Assembly (NCBI GenBank): GCA_964057225.1
Contig: OZ059897.1
Location: 20,150,001-20,214,000 of the forward strand
Source: Auanema rhodensis
Lineage: Eukaryota; Animalia; Nematoda
Direction of reading: 5' to 3'
DNA length: 64,000 nucleotides
In this document: positions 11,801 through 26,100 of the stretch, one piece after another
Layout: every line of letters starts with the position of its first letter
How positions within the stretch are numbered: the first letter of the stretch is position 1
The notes under the pieces: generated by a model
Told to the model about the DNA's origin: nothing
Seen by the model: the letters and a program-made list of their open reading frames with translations, nothing else
Database searches by the model: none
Program-made: the position numbers and the translations under genes

Positions 11801-13330
11801 AGCACAAATCTGATAACACAGATCGACGCAGCTTAAAAATCCGCATCGAATGCACTATACTACATTGAGAAACGCTTAATAAAAAAATTAGTTATGATCG
11901 TTTGAAAAATGATGCATTAGTGTATGTTGAGTTTCCATGTACACTCAACATTGCTTCCAAAAACATTTTGACAAAAATTTTTTCGAAAAATTTCAAAATA
12001 ATTTAGCAAAAAGTAGATGTTTTTAGATTCCTTTTTTCAAGGCAAAGACGATGGACAATGTTATTTAACGAAAAAATTAATTCTTCAGGGTGAAAATCGA
12101 GGATATAAGTGTGAACTTATATCAGTTGATATCTCGGTACATTTTTAAGCTAGCGCAAATCTGATAACACAGATCGACGCAGCTTAAAAATCCGCATCGA
12201 ATGCACTATACTACATGGAAGAACGCTTAATACAAAAATTAGTTATGATCGTTTGAAAAATGATGCATTAGTGTATGTTGAGTTTCCATGTACACTCAAC
12301 ATTGCTTCCAAAAACATTTTGACAAAAATTTTTTCGAAAAATTTCAAAATAATTTAGCAAAAAGTAGATGTTTTTAGATTCCTTTTTTCAAGGCAAAGAC
12401 GATGGACGATGTTATTCAACGAAAAAATTAATTCTTCAGGGTGAAAATCGAGGATATAAGTGTGAACTTATATCAGTTGATATCTCGGTGCATTTTTAAG
12501 CTAGCGCAAATCTGATAACACAGATCGACGCAACTCAAAAATCCGTACGAATGCACTTTACTATATTGAGAAACGCTTAATACAAAAATTAGTTATGATC
12601 GTTTGAAAAATGATGCATTAGTGTATGTTGAGTTTCCATGTACACTCAACATTGCTTCCAAAAACATTTTGACAAAAATTTTTTCGAAAAATTTCAGAAT
12701 AATTTAGCAAAAAGTAGATGTTTTTAGATTCCTTTTTTCAAGGCAAAGACGATGGACAATGTTATTCAACGAAAAAATTAATTCTTCAAGGTGAAAATCG
12801 AGGATATAAGTGTAAACTTATATCAGTTGATATCTCGGTGCATTTTTAAGCTAGCGCAAATCTGATAACACAGATCGACGCAGCTCAAAAATCCGTACGA
12901 ATGCACTATACTATATTGAGTAACGCTTAATACAAAAATTAGTTATGATCGTTTGAAAAATGATGCATTAGTGTATGTTGAGTTTCCATGTACACTCAAC
13001 ATTGCTTCCAAAAACATTTTGACAAAAATTTTTTCGAAAAATTTCAAAATAATTTAGCAAAAAGTAGATGTTTTTAGATTCCTTTTTTCAAGGCAAAGAC
13101 GATGGACGATGTTATTCAACGAAAAAATTAATTCTTCAGGGTGAAAATCGAGGATATAAGTGTGAACTTATATCAGTTGATATCTCGGTGCATTTTTAAG
13201 CTAGCGCAAATCTGATAACACAGATCGACGCAACTCAAAAATCCGTACGAATGCACTTTACTATATTGAGAAACGCTTAATACAAAAATTAGTTATGATC
13301 GTTTGAAAAATGATGCATTAGTGTATGTTG
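2809..13330. repeat. Divergent 350-bp monomer subfamily ('ctcaaaaatccgtacgaatg...tatattgag'), 10 copies interspersed with standard monomers
   Basis: Monomers starting 2809, 3510, 8424, 9125, 9475, 9825, 10175, 12281, 12631 and 12981 carry ccgtacga instead of ccgcatcga (1-bp shorter), with linked ctcaaaaa and ctatattgag. Not seen after 13330. Confidence 0.92.
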
Positions 13331-15086
13331 AGTTTCCATGTACACTCAACATTGCTTCCAAAAACATTTTGACAAAAATTTTTTCGAAAAATTTCAGAAT
13401 AATTTAGCAAAAAGTAGATGTTTTTAGATTCCTTTTTTCAAGGCAAAGACGATGGACAATGTTATTTAACGAAAAAATTAATTCTTCAGGGTGAAAATCG
13501 AGGATATAAGTGTAAACTTATATCAGTTGATATCTCGGTGCATTTTTAAGCTAGCGCAAATCTGATAACACAGATCGACGCAGCTTAAAAATCCGCATCG
13601 AATGCACTATACTACATTGAGAAACGCTTAATACAAAAATTAGTTATGATCGTTTGAAAAATGATGCATTAGTGTATGTTGAGTTTCCATGTACACTCAA
13701 CATTGCTTCCAAAAACATTTTGACAAAAATTTTTTCGAAAAATTTCAAAATAATTTAGCAAAAAGTAGATGTTTTTAGATTTCTTTTTTTCAAGGCAAAG
13801 ACGATGGACAATGTTATTCAACGAAAAAATTATTTCTTCAGGGTGAAAATCGAGGATATAAGTGTGAACTTATATCAGTTGATATATCGGTGCATTTTTA
13901 AGCTAGCGCAAATCTGATAACACAGATCGACGCAGCTTAAAAATCCGCATCGAATGCACTCAACTACATTAAGAAACGCTTAATACAAAAATTAGTTATG
14001 ATCGTTTGAAAAATGATGCATTAGTGTATGTTGAGTTTCCATGTACACTCAACATTGCTTCCAAAAACATTTTGACAAAAATTTTTTCGAAAAATTTCAA
14101 AATAATTTAGCAAAAAGTAGATGTTTTTAGATTCCTTTTTTCAAGGCAAAGACGATGGACAATGTTATTCAACGAAAAAATTATTTCTTCAGGGTGAAAA
14201 TCGAGGATATAAGTGTGAACTTATATCAGTTGATATATCGGTGCATTTTTAAGCTAGCGCAAATCTGATAACACAGATCGACGCAGCTTAAAAATCCGCA
14301 TCGAATGCACTCAACTACATTAAGAAACGCTTAATACAAAAATTAGTTATGATCGTTTGAAAAATGATGCATTAGTGTATGTTGAGTTTCCATGTACACT
14401 CAACATTGCTTCCAAAAACATTTTGACAAAAATTTTTTCGAAAAATTTCAAAATAATTTAGCAAAAAGTAGATGTTTTTAGATTCCTTTTTTCAAGGCAA
14501 AGACGATGGACAATGTTATTCAACGAAAAAATTATTTCTTCAGGGTGAAAATCGAGGATATAAGTGTGAACTTATATCAGTTGATATCTCGGTGCATTTT
14601 TAAGCTAGCACAAATCTGATAACACAGATCGACGCAGCTTAAAAATCCGCATCGAATGCACTATACTACATTGAGAAACGCTTAATAAAAAAATTAGTTA
14701 TGATCGTTTGAAAAATGATGCATTAGTGTATGTTGAGTTTCCATGTACACTCAACATTGCTTCCAAAAACATTTTGACAAAAATTTTTTCGAAAAATTTC
14801 AAAATAATTTAGCAAAAAGTAGATGTTTTTAGATTCCTTTTTTCAAGGCAAAGACGATGGACAATGTTATTTAACGAAAAAATTAATTCTTCAGGGTGAA
14901 AATCGAGGATATAAGTGTGAACTTATATCAGTTGATATCTCGGTACATTTTTAAGCTAGCGCAAATCTGATAACACAGATCGACGCAGCTTAAAAATCCG
15001 CATCGAATGCACTATACTACATGGAAGAACGCTTAATACAAAAATTAGTTATGATCGTTTGAAAAATGATGCATTAGTGTATGTTG
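9475..15086. repeat. 8-monomer higher-order tandem duplication (2 x 2806 bp)
   Basis: 9475-12280 and 12281-15086 show the same ordered private variants (ggacgatg/caactc, cagaata/caaggtg/gagtaacg, 352-bp tttcttttttt, ctcaactac, agcacaaatc/taataaaaaa) and the same length series 350,350,350,351,352,351,351,351. Confidence 0.93.
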
Positions 15087-18000
15087 AGTTTCCATGTACA
15101 CTCAACATTGCTTCCAAAAACATTTTGACAAAAATTTTTTCGAAAAATTTCAAAATAATTTAGCAAAAAGTAGATGTTTTTAGATTCCTTTTTTCAAGGC
15201 AAAGACGATGGACAATGTTATTCAACGAAAAAATTATTTCTTCAGGGTGAAAATCGAGGATATAAGTGTGAACTTATATCAGTTGATATCTCGGTGCATT
15301 TTTAAGCTAGCGCAAATCTGATAACACAGATCGACGCAGCTTAAAAATCCGCATCGAATGCACTATACTACATTGAGAAACGCTTAATAAAAAAATTAGT
15401 TATGATCGTTTGAAAAATGATGCATTAGTGTATGTTGAGTTTCCATGTACACTCAACATTGCTTCCAAAAACATTTTGACAAAAATTTTTTCGAAAAATT
15501 TCAAAATAATTTAGCAAAAAGTAGATGTTTTTAGATTCCTTTTTTCAAGGCAAAGACGATGGACAATGTTATTTAACGAAAAAATTAATTCTTCAGGGTG
15601 AAAATCGAGGATATAAGTGTGAACTTATATCAGTTGATATCTCGGTACATTTTTAAGCTAGCGCAAATCTGATAACACAGATCGACGCAGCTTAAAAATC
15701 CGCATCGAATGCACTATACTACATGGAAGAACGCTTAATACAAAAATTAGTTATGATCGTTTGAAAAATGATGCATTAGTGTATGTTGAGTTTCCATGTA
15801 CACTCAACATTGCTTCCAAAAACATTTTGACAAAAATTTTTTCGAAAAATTTCAAAATAATTTAGCAAAAAGTAGATGTTTTTAGATTCCTTTTTTCAAG
15901 GCGAAGACGATGAACAATGTTATCCAACGAAAAAATTAATTCTTCAGGGTGAAAATCGAGGATATAAGTGTGAACTTATATCAGTTGATATCTCGGTACA
16001 TTTTTAAGCTAGCGCAAATCTGATAACACAGATCGACGCAGCTTAAAAATCCGCATCGAATGCACTATACTACATGGAAGAACGCTTAATACAAAAATTA
16101 GTTATGATCGTTTGAAAAATGATGCATTAGTGTATGTTGAGTTTCCATGTACACTCAACATTGCTTCCAAAAACATTTTGACAAAAATTTTTTCGAAAAA
16201 TTTCAAAATAATTTAGCAAAAAGTAGATGTTTTTAGATTCCTTTTTTCAAGGCAAAGACGATGGACAATGTTATTCATCGAAAAAATTATATCTTCAGGG
16301 TGAAAATCGAGGATATAAGTGTGAACTTATATCAGTTGATATATCGGTGCATTTTTAAGCTAGCGCAAATCTGATAACACAGATCGACGCAGCTTAAAAA
16401 TCCGCATCGAATGCACTATACTACATTAAAAAACGCTTAATACAAAAATTAGTTATGATCGTTTGAAAAATGATGCATTAGTGTATGTTGAGTTTCCATG
16501 TACACTCAACATTGCTTCCAAAAACATTTTGACAAAAATTTTTTCGAAAAATTTCAAAATAATTTAGCAAAAAGTAGATGTTTTTAGATTCCTTTTTTCA
16601 AGGCAAAGACGATGGACAATGTTATTCATCGAAAAAATTATATCTTCAGGGTGAAAATCGAGGATATAAGTGTGAACTTATATCAGTTGATATATCGGTG
16701 CATTTTTAAGCTAGCGCAAATCTGATAACACAGATCGACGCAGCTTAAAAATCCGCATCGAATGCACTATACTACATTAAGAAACGCTTAATACAAAAAT
16801 TAGTTATGATCGTTTGAAAAATGATGCATTAGTGTATGTTGAGTTTCCATGTACACTCAACATTGCTTCCAAAAACATTTTGACAAAAATTTTTTCGAAA
16901 AATTTCAAAATAATTTAGCAAAAAGTAGATGTTTTTAGATTCCTTTTTTCAAGGCAAAGACGATGGACAATGTTATTCAACGAAAAAATTATTTCTTCAG
17001 GGTGAAAATCGAGGATATAAGTGTGAACTTATATCAGTTGATATCTCGGTACATTTTTAAGCTAGCGCAAATCTGATAACACAGATCGACGCAGCTTAAA
17101 AATCCGCATCGAATGCACTATACTACATGGAAGAACGCTTAATACAAAAGTTAGTTATGATCGTTTGAAAAATGATGCATTAGTGTATGTTGAGTTTCCA
17201 TGTACACTCAACATTGCTTCCAAAAACATTTTGACAAAAATTTTTTCGAAAAATTTCAAAATAATTTAGCAAAAAGTAGATGTTTTTAGATTCTTTTTTT
17301 CAAGGCAAAGACGATGGACAATGTTATTCAACGAAAAAATTATTTCTTCAGGGTGAAAATCGAGGATATAAGTGTGAACTTATATCAGTTGATATCTCGG
17401 TACATTTTTAAGCTAGCGCAAATCTGATAACACAGATCGACGCAGCTTAAAAATCCGCATCGAATGCACTATACTACATGGAAGAACGCTTAATACAAAA
17501 ATTAGTTATGATCGTTTGAAAAATGATGCATTAGTGTATGTTGAGTTTCCATGTACACTCAACATTGCTTCCAAAAACATTTTGACAAAAATTTTTTCGA
17601 AAAATTTCAGAATAATTTAGCAAAAAGTAGATGTTTTTAGATTCCTTTTTTCAAGGCGAAGACGATGGACAATGTTATTCAACGAAAAAATTAATTCTTC
17701 AGGGTGAAAATCGAGGATATAAGTGTGAACTTATATCAGTTGATATCTCGGTACATTTTTAAGCTAGCGCAAATCTGATAACACAGATCGACGCAGCTTA
17801 AAAATCCGCATCGAATGCACTATACTACATGGAAGAACGCTTAATACAAAAATTAGTTATGATCGTTTGAAAAATGATGCATTAGTGTATGTTGAGTTTC
17901 CATGTACACTCAACATTGCTTCCAAAAACATTTTGACAAAAATTTTTTCGAAAAATTTCAAAATAATTTAGCAAAAAGTAGATGTTTTTAGATTCCTTAT

Positions 18001-20702
18001 TTCAAGGCAAAGACGATGGACAATGTTATTCAACGAAAAAATTATTTCTTCAGGGTGAAAATCGAGGATATAAGTGTGAACTTATATCAGTTGATATATC
18101 GGTGCATTTTTAAGCTAGCGCAAATCTGATAACACAGATCGACGCAGCTTAAAAATCCGCATCGAATGCACTATACTACATTAAGAAACGCTTAATACAA
18201 AAATTAGTTATGATCGTTTGAAAAATGATGCATTAGTGTATGTTGAGTTTCCATGTACACTCAACATTGCTTCCAAAAACATTTTGACAAAAATTTTTTC
18301 GAAAAATTTCAAAATAATTTAGCAAAAAGTAGATGTTTTTAGATTCCTTTTTTCAAGGCGAAGACGATGGACAATGTTATTCAACGAAAAAATTAATTCT
18401 TCAGGGTGAAAATCGAGGATATAAGTGTGAACTTATATCAGTTGATATCTCGGTACATTTTTAAGCTAGCGCAAATCTGATAACACAGATCGACGCAGCT
18501 TAAAAATCCGCATCGAATGCACTATACTACATGGAAGAACGCTTAATACAAAAATTAGTTATGATCGTTTGAAAAATGATGCATTAGTGTATGTTGAGTT
18601 TCCATGTACACTCAACATTGCTTCCAAAAACATTTTGACAAAAATTTTTTCGAAAAATTTCAAAATAATTTAGCAAAAAGTAGATGTTTTTAGATTCCTT
18701 TTTTCAAGGCAAAGACGATGGACAATGTTATTCATCGAAAAAATTATTTCTTCAGGGTGAAAATCGAGGATATAAGTGTGAACTTATATCAGTTGATATA
18801 TCGGTGCATTTTTAAGCTAGCGCAAATCTGATAACACAGATCGACGCAGCTTAAAAATCCGCATCGAATGCACTATACTACATTAAGAAACGCTTAATAC
18901 AAAAATTAGTTATGATCGTTTGAAAAATGATGCATTAGTGTATGTTGAGTTTCCATGTACACTCAACATTGCTTCCAAAAACATTTTGACAAAAATTTTT
19001 TCGAAAAATTTCAAAATAATTTAGCAAAAAATAGATGTTTTTAGATTCCTTTTTTCAAGGCAGAGACGATGGACAATGTTATTCAACGAAAAAATTATTT
19101 CTTCAGGGTGAAAATCGAGGATATAAGTGTGAACTTATATCAGTTGATATCTCGGTACATTTTTAAGCTAGCGCAAATCTGATAACACAGATCGACGCAG
19201 CTTAAAAATCCGCATCGAATGCACTATACTACATGGAAGAACGCTTAATACAAAAATTAGTTATGATCGTTTGAAAAATGATGCATTAGTGTATGTTGAG
19301 TTTCCATGTACACTCAACATTGCTTCCAAAAACATTTTGACAAAAATTTTTTCGAAAAATTTCAAAATAATTTAGCAAAAAGTAGATGTTTTTAGATTCC
19401 TTTTTTCAAGGCAAAGACGATGGACAATGTTATTCAACGAAAAAATTATTTCTTCAGGGTGAAAATCGAGGATATAAGTGTGAACTTATATCAGTTGATA
19501 TCTCGGTACATTTTTAAGCTAGCGCAAATCTGATAACACAGATCGAAGCAGCTTAAAAATCCGCATCGAATGCACTATACTACATGGAAGAACGCTTAAT
19601 ACAAAAATTAGTTATGATCGTTTGAAAAATGATGCATTAGTGTATGTTGAGTTTCCATGTACACTCAACATTGCTTCCAAAAACATTTTGACAAAAATTT
19701 TTTCGAAAAATTTCAAAATAATTTAGCAAAAAGTAGATGTTTTTAGATTCCTTTTTTCAAGGCGAAGACGATGGACAATGTTATTCAACGAAAAAATTAT
19801 TTCTTCAGGGTGAAAATCGAGGATATAAGTGTGAACTTATATCAGTTGATATCTCGGTACATTTTTAAGCTAGCGCAAATCTGATAACACAGATCGACGC
19901 AGCTTAAAAATCCGCATCGAATGCACTATACTACATGGAAGAACGCTTAATACAAAAATTAGTTATGATCGTTTGAAAAATGATGCATTAGTGTATGTTG
20001 AGTTTCCATGTACACTCAACATTGCTTCCAAAAACATTTTGACAAAAATTTTTTCGAAAAATTTCAAAATAATTTAGCAAAAAGTAGATGTTTTTAGATT
20101 CCTTTTTTCAAGGCGAAGACGATGGACAATGTTATTCAACGAAAAAATTAATTCTTCAGGGTGAAAATCGAGGATATAAGTGTGAACTTATATCAGTTGA
20201 TATCTCGGTGCATTTTTAAGCTAGCGCAAATCTGATAACACAGATCGACGCAGCTTAAAAATCCGCATCGAATGCACTATACTACATTGAGAAACGCTTA
20301 ATACAAAAATTAGTTATGATCGTTTGAAAAATGATGCATTAGTGTATGTTGAGTTTCCATGTACACTCAACATTGCTTCCAAAAACATTTTGACAAAAAT
20401 TTTTTCGAAAAATTTCAAAATAATTTAGCAAAAAGTAGATGTTTTTAGATTCCTTTTTTCAAGGCGAAGACGATGGACAATGTTATTCAACGAAAAAATT
20501 AATTCTTCAGGGTGAAAATCGAGGATATAAGTGTGAACTTATATCAGTTGATATCTCGGTACATTTTTAAGCTAGCGCAAATCTGATAACACAGATCGAC
20601 GCAGCTTAAAAATCCGCATCGAATGCACTATACTACATGGAAGAACGCTTAATACAAAAATTAGTTATGATCGTTTGAAAGATGATGCATTAGTGTATGT
20701 TG

Positions 20703-23159
20703 AGTTTCCATGTACACTCAACATTGCTTCCAAAAACATTTTGACAAAAATTTTTTCGAAAAATTTCAAAATAATTTAGCAAAAAGTAGATGTTTTTAGA
20801 TTCCTTTTTTCAAGGCAAAGACGATGGACAATGTTATTCAACGAAAAAATTATTTCTTCAGGGTGAAAATCGAGGATATAAGTGTGAACTTATATCAGTT
20901 GATATATCGGTGCATTTTTAAGCTAGCGCAAATCTGATAACACAGATCGACGCAGCTTAAAAATCCGCATCGAATGCACTATACTACATTAAGAAACGCT
21001 TAATACAAAAATTAGTTATGATCGTTTGAAAAATGATGCATTAGTGTATGTTGAGTTTCCATGTACACTCAACATTGCTTCCAAAAACATTTTGACAAAA
21101 ATTTTTTCGAAAAATTTCAAAATAATTAAGCAAAAAGTAGATGTTTTTAGATTCCTTTTTTCAAGGCAAAGACGATGGACAATGTTATTCAACGAAAAAG
21201 TTAATTCTTCAGGGTGAAAATCGAGGATATAAGTGTGAACTTATATCAGTTGATATCTCGGTACATTTTTAAGCTAGCGCAAATCTGATAACACAGATCG
21301 ACGCAGCTTAAAAATCCGCATCGAATGCACTGTACTACATGGAAGAACGCTTAATACAAAAATTAGTTATGATCGTTTGAAAAATGATGCATTAGTGTAT
21401 GTTGAGTTTCCATGTACACTCAACATTGCTTCCAAAAACATTTTGACAAAAATTTTTTCGAAAAATTTCAAAATAATTTAGCAAAAAGTAGATGTTTTTA
21501 GATTCCTTTTTTCAAGGCAAAGACGATGGACAATGTTATTCAACGAAAAAATTATTTCTTCAGGGTGAAAATCGAGGATATAAGTGTAAACTTATATCAT
21601 TTGATATCTCGGTGCATTTTTAAGCTAGCGCAAATCTGATAACACAGATCGACGCAGCTTAAAAATCTGCATCGAATGCACTATACTACATTAAGAAACG
21701 CTTAATACAAAAATTAGTTATGATCGTTTGAAAAATGATGCATTAGTGTATGTTGAGTTTCCATGTACACTCAACATTGCTTCCAAAAACATTTTGACAA
21801 AAATTTTTTCGAAAAATTTCAAGATAATTTAGCAAAAAGTAGATGTTTTTAGATTCCTTTTTTCAAGGCAAAGACGATGGACAATGTTATTCAACGAAAA
21901 AATTATTTCTTCAGGGTGAAAATCGAGGATATAAGTGTGAACTTATATCAGTTGATATCTCGGTACATTTTTAAGCTAGCGCAAATCTGATAACACAGAT
22001 CGACGCAGCTTAAAAATCCGCATCGAATGCACTATACTACATGGAAGAACGCTTAATACAAAAATTAGTTATGATCGTTTGAAAAATGATGCATTAGTGT
22101 ATGTTGAGTTTCCATGTACACTCAACATTGCTTCCAAAAACATTTTGACAAAAATTTTTTCGAAAAATTTCAAAATAATTTAGCAAAAAGTAGATGTTTT
22201 TAGATTCCTTTTTTCAAGGCAAAGACGATGGACAATGTTATTCAACGAAAAAATTATTTCTTCAGGGTGAAAATCGAGGATATAAGTGTGAACTTATATC
22301 AGTTGATATATCGGTGCATTTTTAAGCTAGCGCAAATCTGATAACACAGATCGACGCAGCTTAAAAATCCGCATCGAATGCACTATACTACATTAAGAAA
22401 CGCTTAATACAAAAATTAGTTATGATCGTTTGAAAAATGATGCATTAGTGTATGTTGAGTTTCCATGTACACTCAACATTGCTTCCAAAAACATTTTGAC
22501 AAAAATTTTTTCGAAAAATTTCAAAATAATTAAGCAAAAAGTAGATGTTTTTAGATTCCTTTTTTCAAGGCAAAGACGATGGACAATGTTATTCAACGAA
22601 AAAGTTAATTCTTCAGGGTGAAAATCGAGGATATAAGTGTGAACTTATATCAGTTGATATCTCGGTACATTTTTAAGCTAGCGCAAATCTGATAACACAG
22701 ATCGACGCAGCTTAAAAATCCGCATCGAATGCACTGTACTACATGGAAGAACGCTTAATACAAAAATTAGTTATGATCGTTTGAAAAATGATGCATTAGT
22801 GTATGTTGAGTTTCCATGTACACTCAACATTGCTTCCAAAAACATTTTGACAAAAATTTTTTCGAAAAATTTCAAAATAATTTAGCAAAAAGTAGATGTT
22901 TTTAGATTCCTTTTTTCAAGGCAAAGACGATGGACAATGTTATTCAACGAAAAAATTATTTCTTCAGGGTGAAAATCGAGGATATAAGTGTAAACTTATA
23001 TCATTTGATATCTCGGTGCATTTTTAAGCTAGCGCAAATCTGATAACACAGATCGACGCAGCTTAAAAATCTGCATCGAATGCACTATACTACATTAAGA
23101 AACGCTTAATACAAAAATTAGTTATGATCGTTTGAAAAATGATGCATTAGTGTATGTTG
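20703..23159. repeat. 4-monomer-period (1404 bp) local duplication
   Basis: Monomers at 21054/22458 share attaagc, aaaagtt and ctgtact; monomers at 21405/22809 share gtaaac, tatcatttg and atctgc. The ORF-track copies at 21026 and 22430 are 1404 bp apart. Confidence 0.9.
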
Positions 23160-26100
23160 AGTTTCCATGTACACTCAACATTGCTTCCAAAAACATTTTG
23201 ACAAAAATTTTTTCGAAAAATTTCAAAATAATTTAGCAAAAAGTAGATGTTTTTAGATTCCTTTTTTCAAGGCAAAGACGATGGACAATGTTATTCAACG
23301 AAAAAATTAATTCTTCAGGGTGAAAATCGAGGATATAAGTGTGAACTTATATCAGTTGATATCTCGGTACATTTTTAAGCTAGCGCAAATCTGATAACAC
23401 AGATCGACGCAGCTTAAAAATCCGCATCGAATGCACTATACTACATGGAAGAACGCTTAATACAAAAATTAGTTATGATCGTTTGAAAAATGATGCATTA
23501 GTGTATGTTGAGTTTCCATGTACACTCAACATTGCTTCCAAAAACATTTTGACAAAAATTTTTTCGAAAAATTTCAAAATAATTCAGCAAAAAGTAGATG
23601 TTTTTAGATTCCTTTTTTCAAGGCAAAGACGATGGACAATGTTATTCAACGAAAAAATTATTTCTTCAGGGTGAAAATCGAGGATATAAGTGTGAACTTA
23701 TATCAGTTGATATATCGGTGCATTTTTAAGCTAGCGCAAATCTGATAACACAGATCGACGCAGCTTAAAAATCCGCATCGAATGCACTATACTACATTAA
23801 GAAACGCTTAATACAAAAATTAGTTATGATCGTTTGAAAAATGATGCATTAGTGTATGTTGAGTTTCCATGTACACTCAACATTGCTTCCAAAAACATTT
23901 TGACAAAAATTTTTTCGAAAAATTTCAAGATAATTTAGCAAAAAGTAGATGTTTTTAGATTCCTTTTTTCAAGGCAAAGACGATGGACAATGTTATTCAA
24001 CGAAAAAATTATTTCTTCAGGGTGAAAATCGAGGATATAAGTGTGAACTTATATCAGTTGATATCTCGGTACATTTTTAAGCTAGCGCAAATCTGATAAC
24101 ACAGATCGACGCAGCTTAAAAATCCGCATCGAATGCACTATACTACATGGAAGAACGCTTAATACAAAAATTAGTTATGATCGTTTGAAAAATGATGCAT
24201 TAGTGTATGTTGAGTTTCCATGTACACTCAACATTGCTTCCAAAAACATTTTGACAAAAATTTTTTCGAAAAATTTCAAAATAATTCAGCAAAAAGTAGA
24301 TGTTTTTAGATTCCTTTTTTCAAGGCGAAGACGATGGACAATGTTATTCAACGAAAAAATTAATTCTTCAGGGTGAAAATCGAGGATATAAGTGTGAACT
24401 TATATCAGTTGATATCTCGGTACATTTTTAAGCTAGCGCAAATCTGATAACACAGATCGACGCAGCTTAAAAATCCGCATCGAATGCACTATACTACATG
24501 GAAGAACGCTTAATACAAAAATTAGTTATGATCGTTTGAAAAATGATGCATTAGTGTATGTTGAGTTTCCATGTACACTCAACATTGCTTCCAAAAACAT
24601 TTTGACAAAAATTTTTTCGAAAAATTTCAAAATAATTTAGCAAAAAGTAGATGTTTTTAGATTCCTTTTTTCAAGGCAAAGACGATGGACAATGTTATTC
24701 AACGAAAAAATTATTTCTTCAGGGTGAAAATCGAGGATATAAGTGTGAACTTATATCAGTTGATATATCGGTGCATTTTTAAGCTAGCGCAAATCTGATA
24801 ACACAGATCGACGCAGCTTAAAAATCCGCATCGAATGCACTATACTACATTAAGAAACGCTTAATACAAAAATTAGTTATGATCGTTTGAAAAATGATGC
24901 ATTAGTGTATGTTGAGTTTCCATGTACACTCAACATTGCTTCCAAAAACATTTTGACAAAAATTTTTTCGAAAAATTTCAAAATAATTTAGCAAAAAGTA
25001 GATGTTTTTAGATTCCTTTTTTCAAGGCGAAGACGATGGACAATGTTATTCAACGAAAAAATTAATTCTTCAGGGTGAAAATCGAGGATATAAGTGTGAA
25101 CTTATATCAGTTGATATCTCGGTACATTTTTAAGCTAGCGCAAATCTGATAACACAGATCGACGCAGCTTAAAAATCCGCATCGAATGCACTATACTACA
25201 TGGAAGAACGCTTAATACAAAAATTAGTTATGATCGTTTGAAAAATGATGCATTAGTGTATGTTGAGTTTCCATGTACACTCAACATTGCTTCCAAAAAC
25301 ATTTTGACAAAAATTTTTTCGAAAAATTTCAAAATAATTTAGCAAAAAGTAGATGTTTTTAGATTCCTTTTTTCAAGGCAAAGACGATGGACAATGTTAT
25401 TCAACGAAAAAATTATTTCTTCAGGGTGAAAATCGAGGATATAAGTGTGAACTTATATCAGTTGATATATCGGTGCATTTTTAAGCTAGCGCAAATCTGA
25501 TAACACAGATCGACGCAGCTTAAAAATCCGCATCGAATGCACTATACTACATTAAGAAACGCTTAATACAAAAATTAGTTATGATCGTTTGAAAAATGAT
25601 GCATTAGTGTATGTTGAGTTTCCATGTACACTCAACATTGCTTCCAAAAACATTTTGACAAAAATTTTTTCGAAAAATTTCAAAATAATTTAGCAAAAAG
25701 TAGATGTTTTTAGATTCCTTTTTTCAAGGCGAAGACGATGGACAATGTTATTCAACGAAAAAATTAATTCTTCAGGGTGAAAATCGAGGATATAAGTGTG
25801 AACTTATATCAGTTGATATCTCGGTACATTTTTAAGCTAGCGCAAATCTGATAACACAGATCGACGCAGCTTAAAAATCCGCATCGAATGCACTATACTA
25901 CATGGAAGAACGCTTAATACAAAAATTAGTTATGATCGTTTGAAAAATGATGCATTAGTGTATGTTGAGTTTCCATGTACACTCAACATTGCTTCCAAAA
26001 ACATTTTGACAAAAATTTTTTCGAAAAATTTCAAAATAATTTAGCAAAAAGTAGATGTTTTTAGATTCCTTTTTTCAAGGCAAAGACGATGGACAATGTT

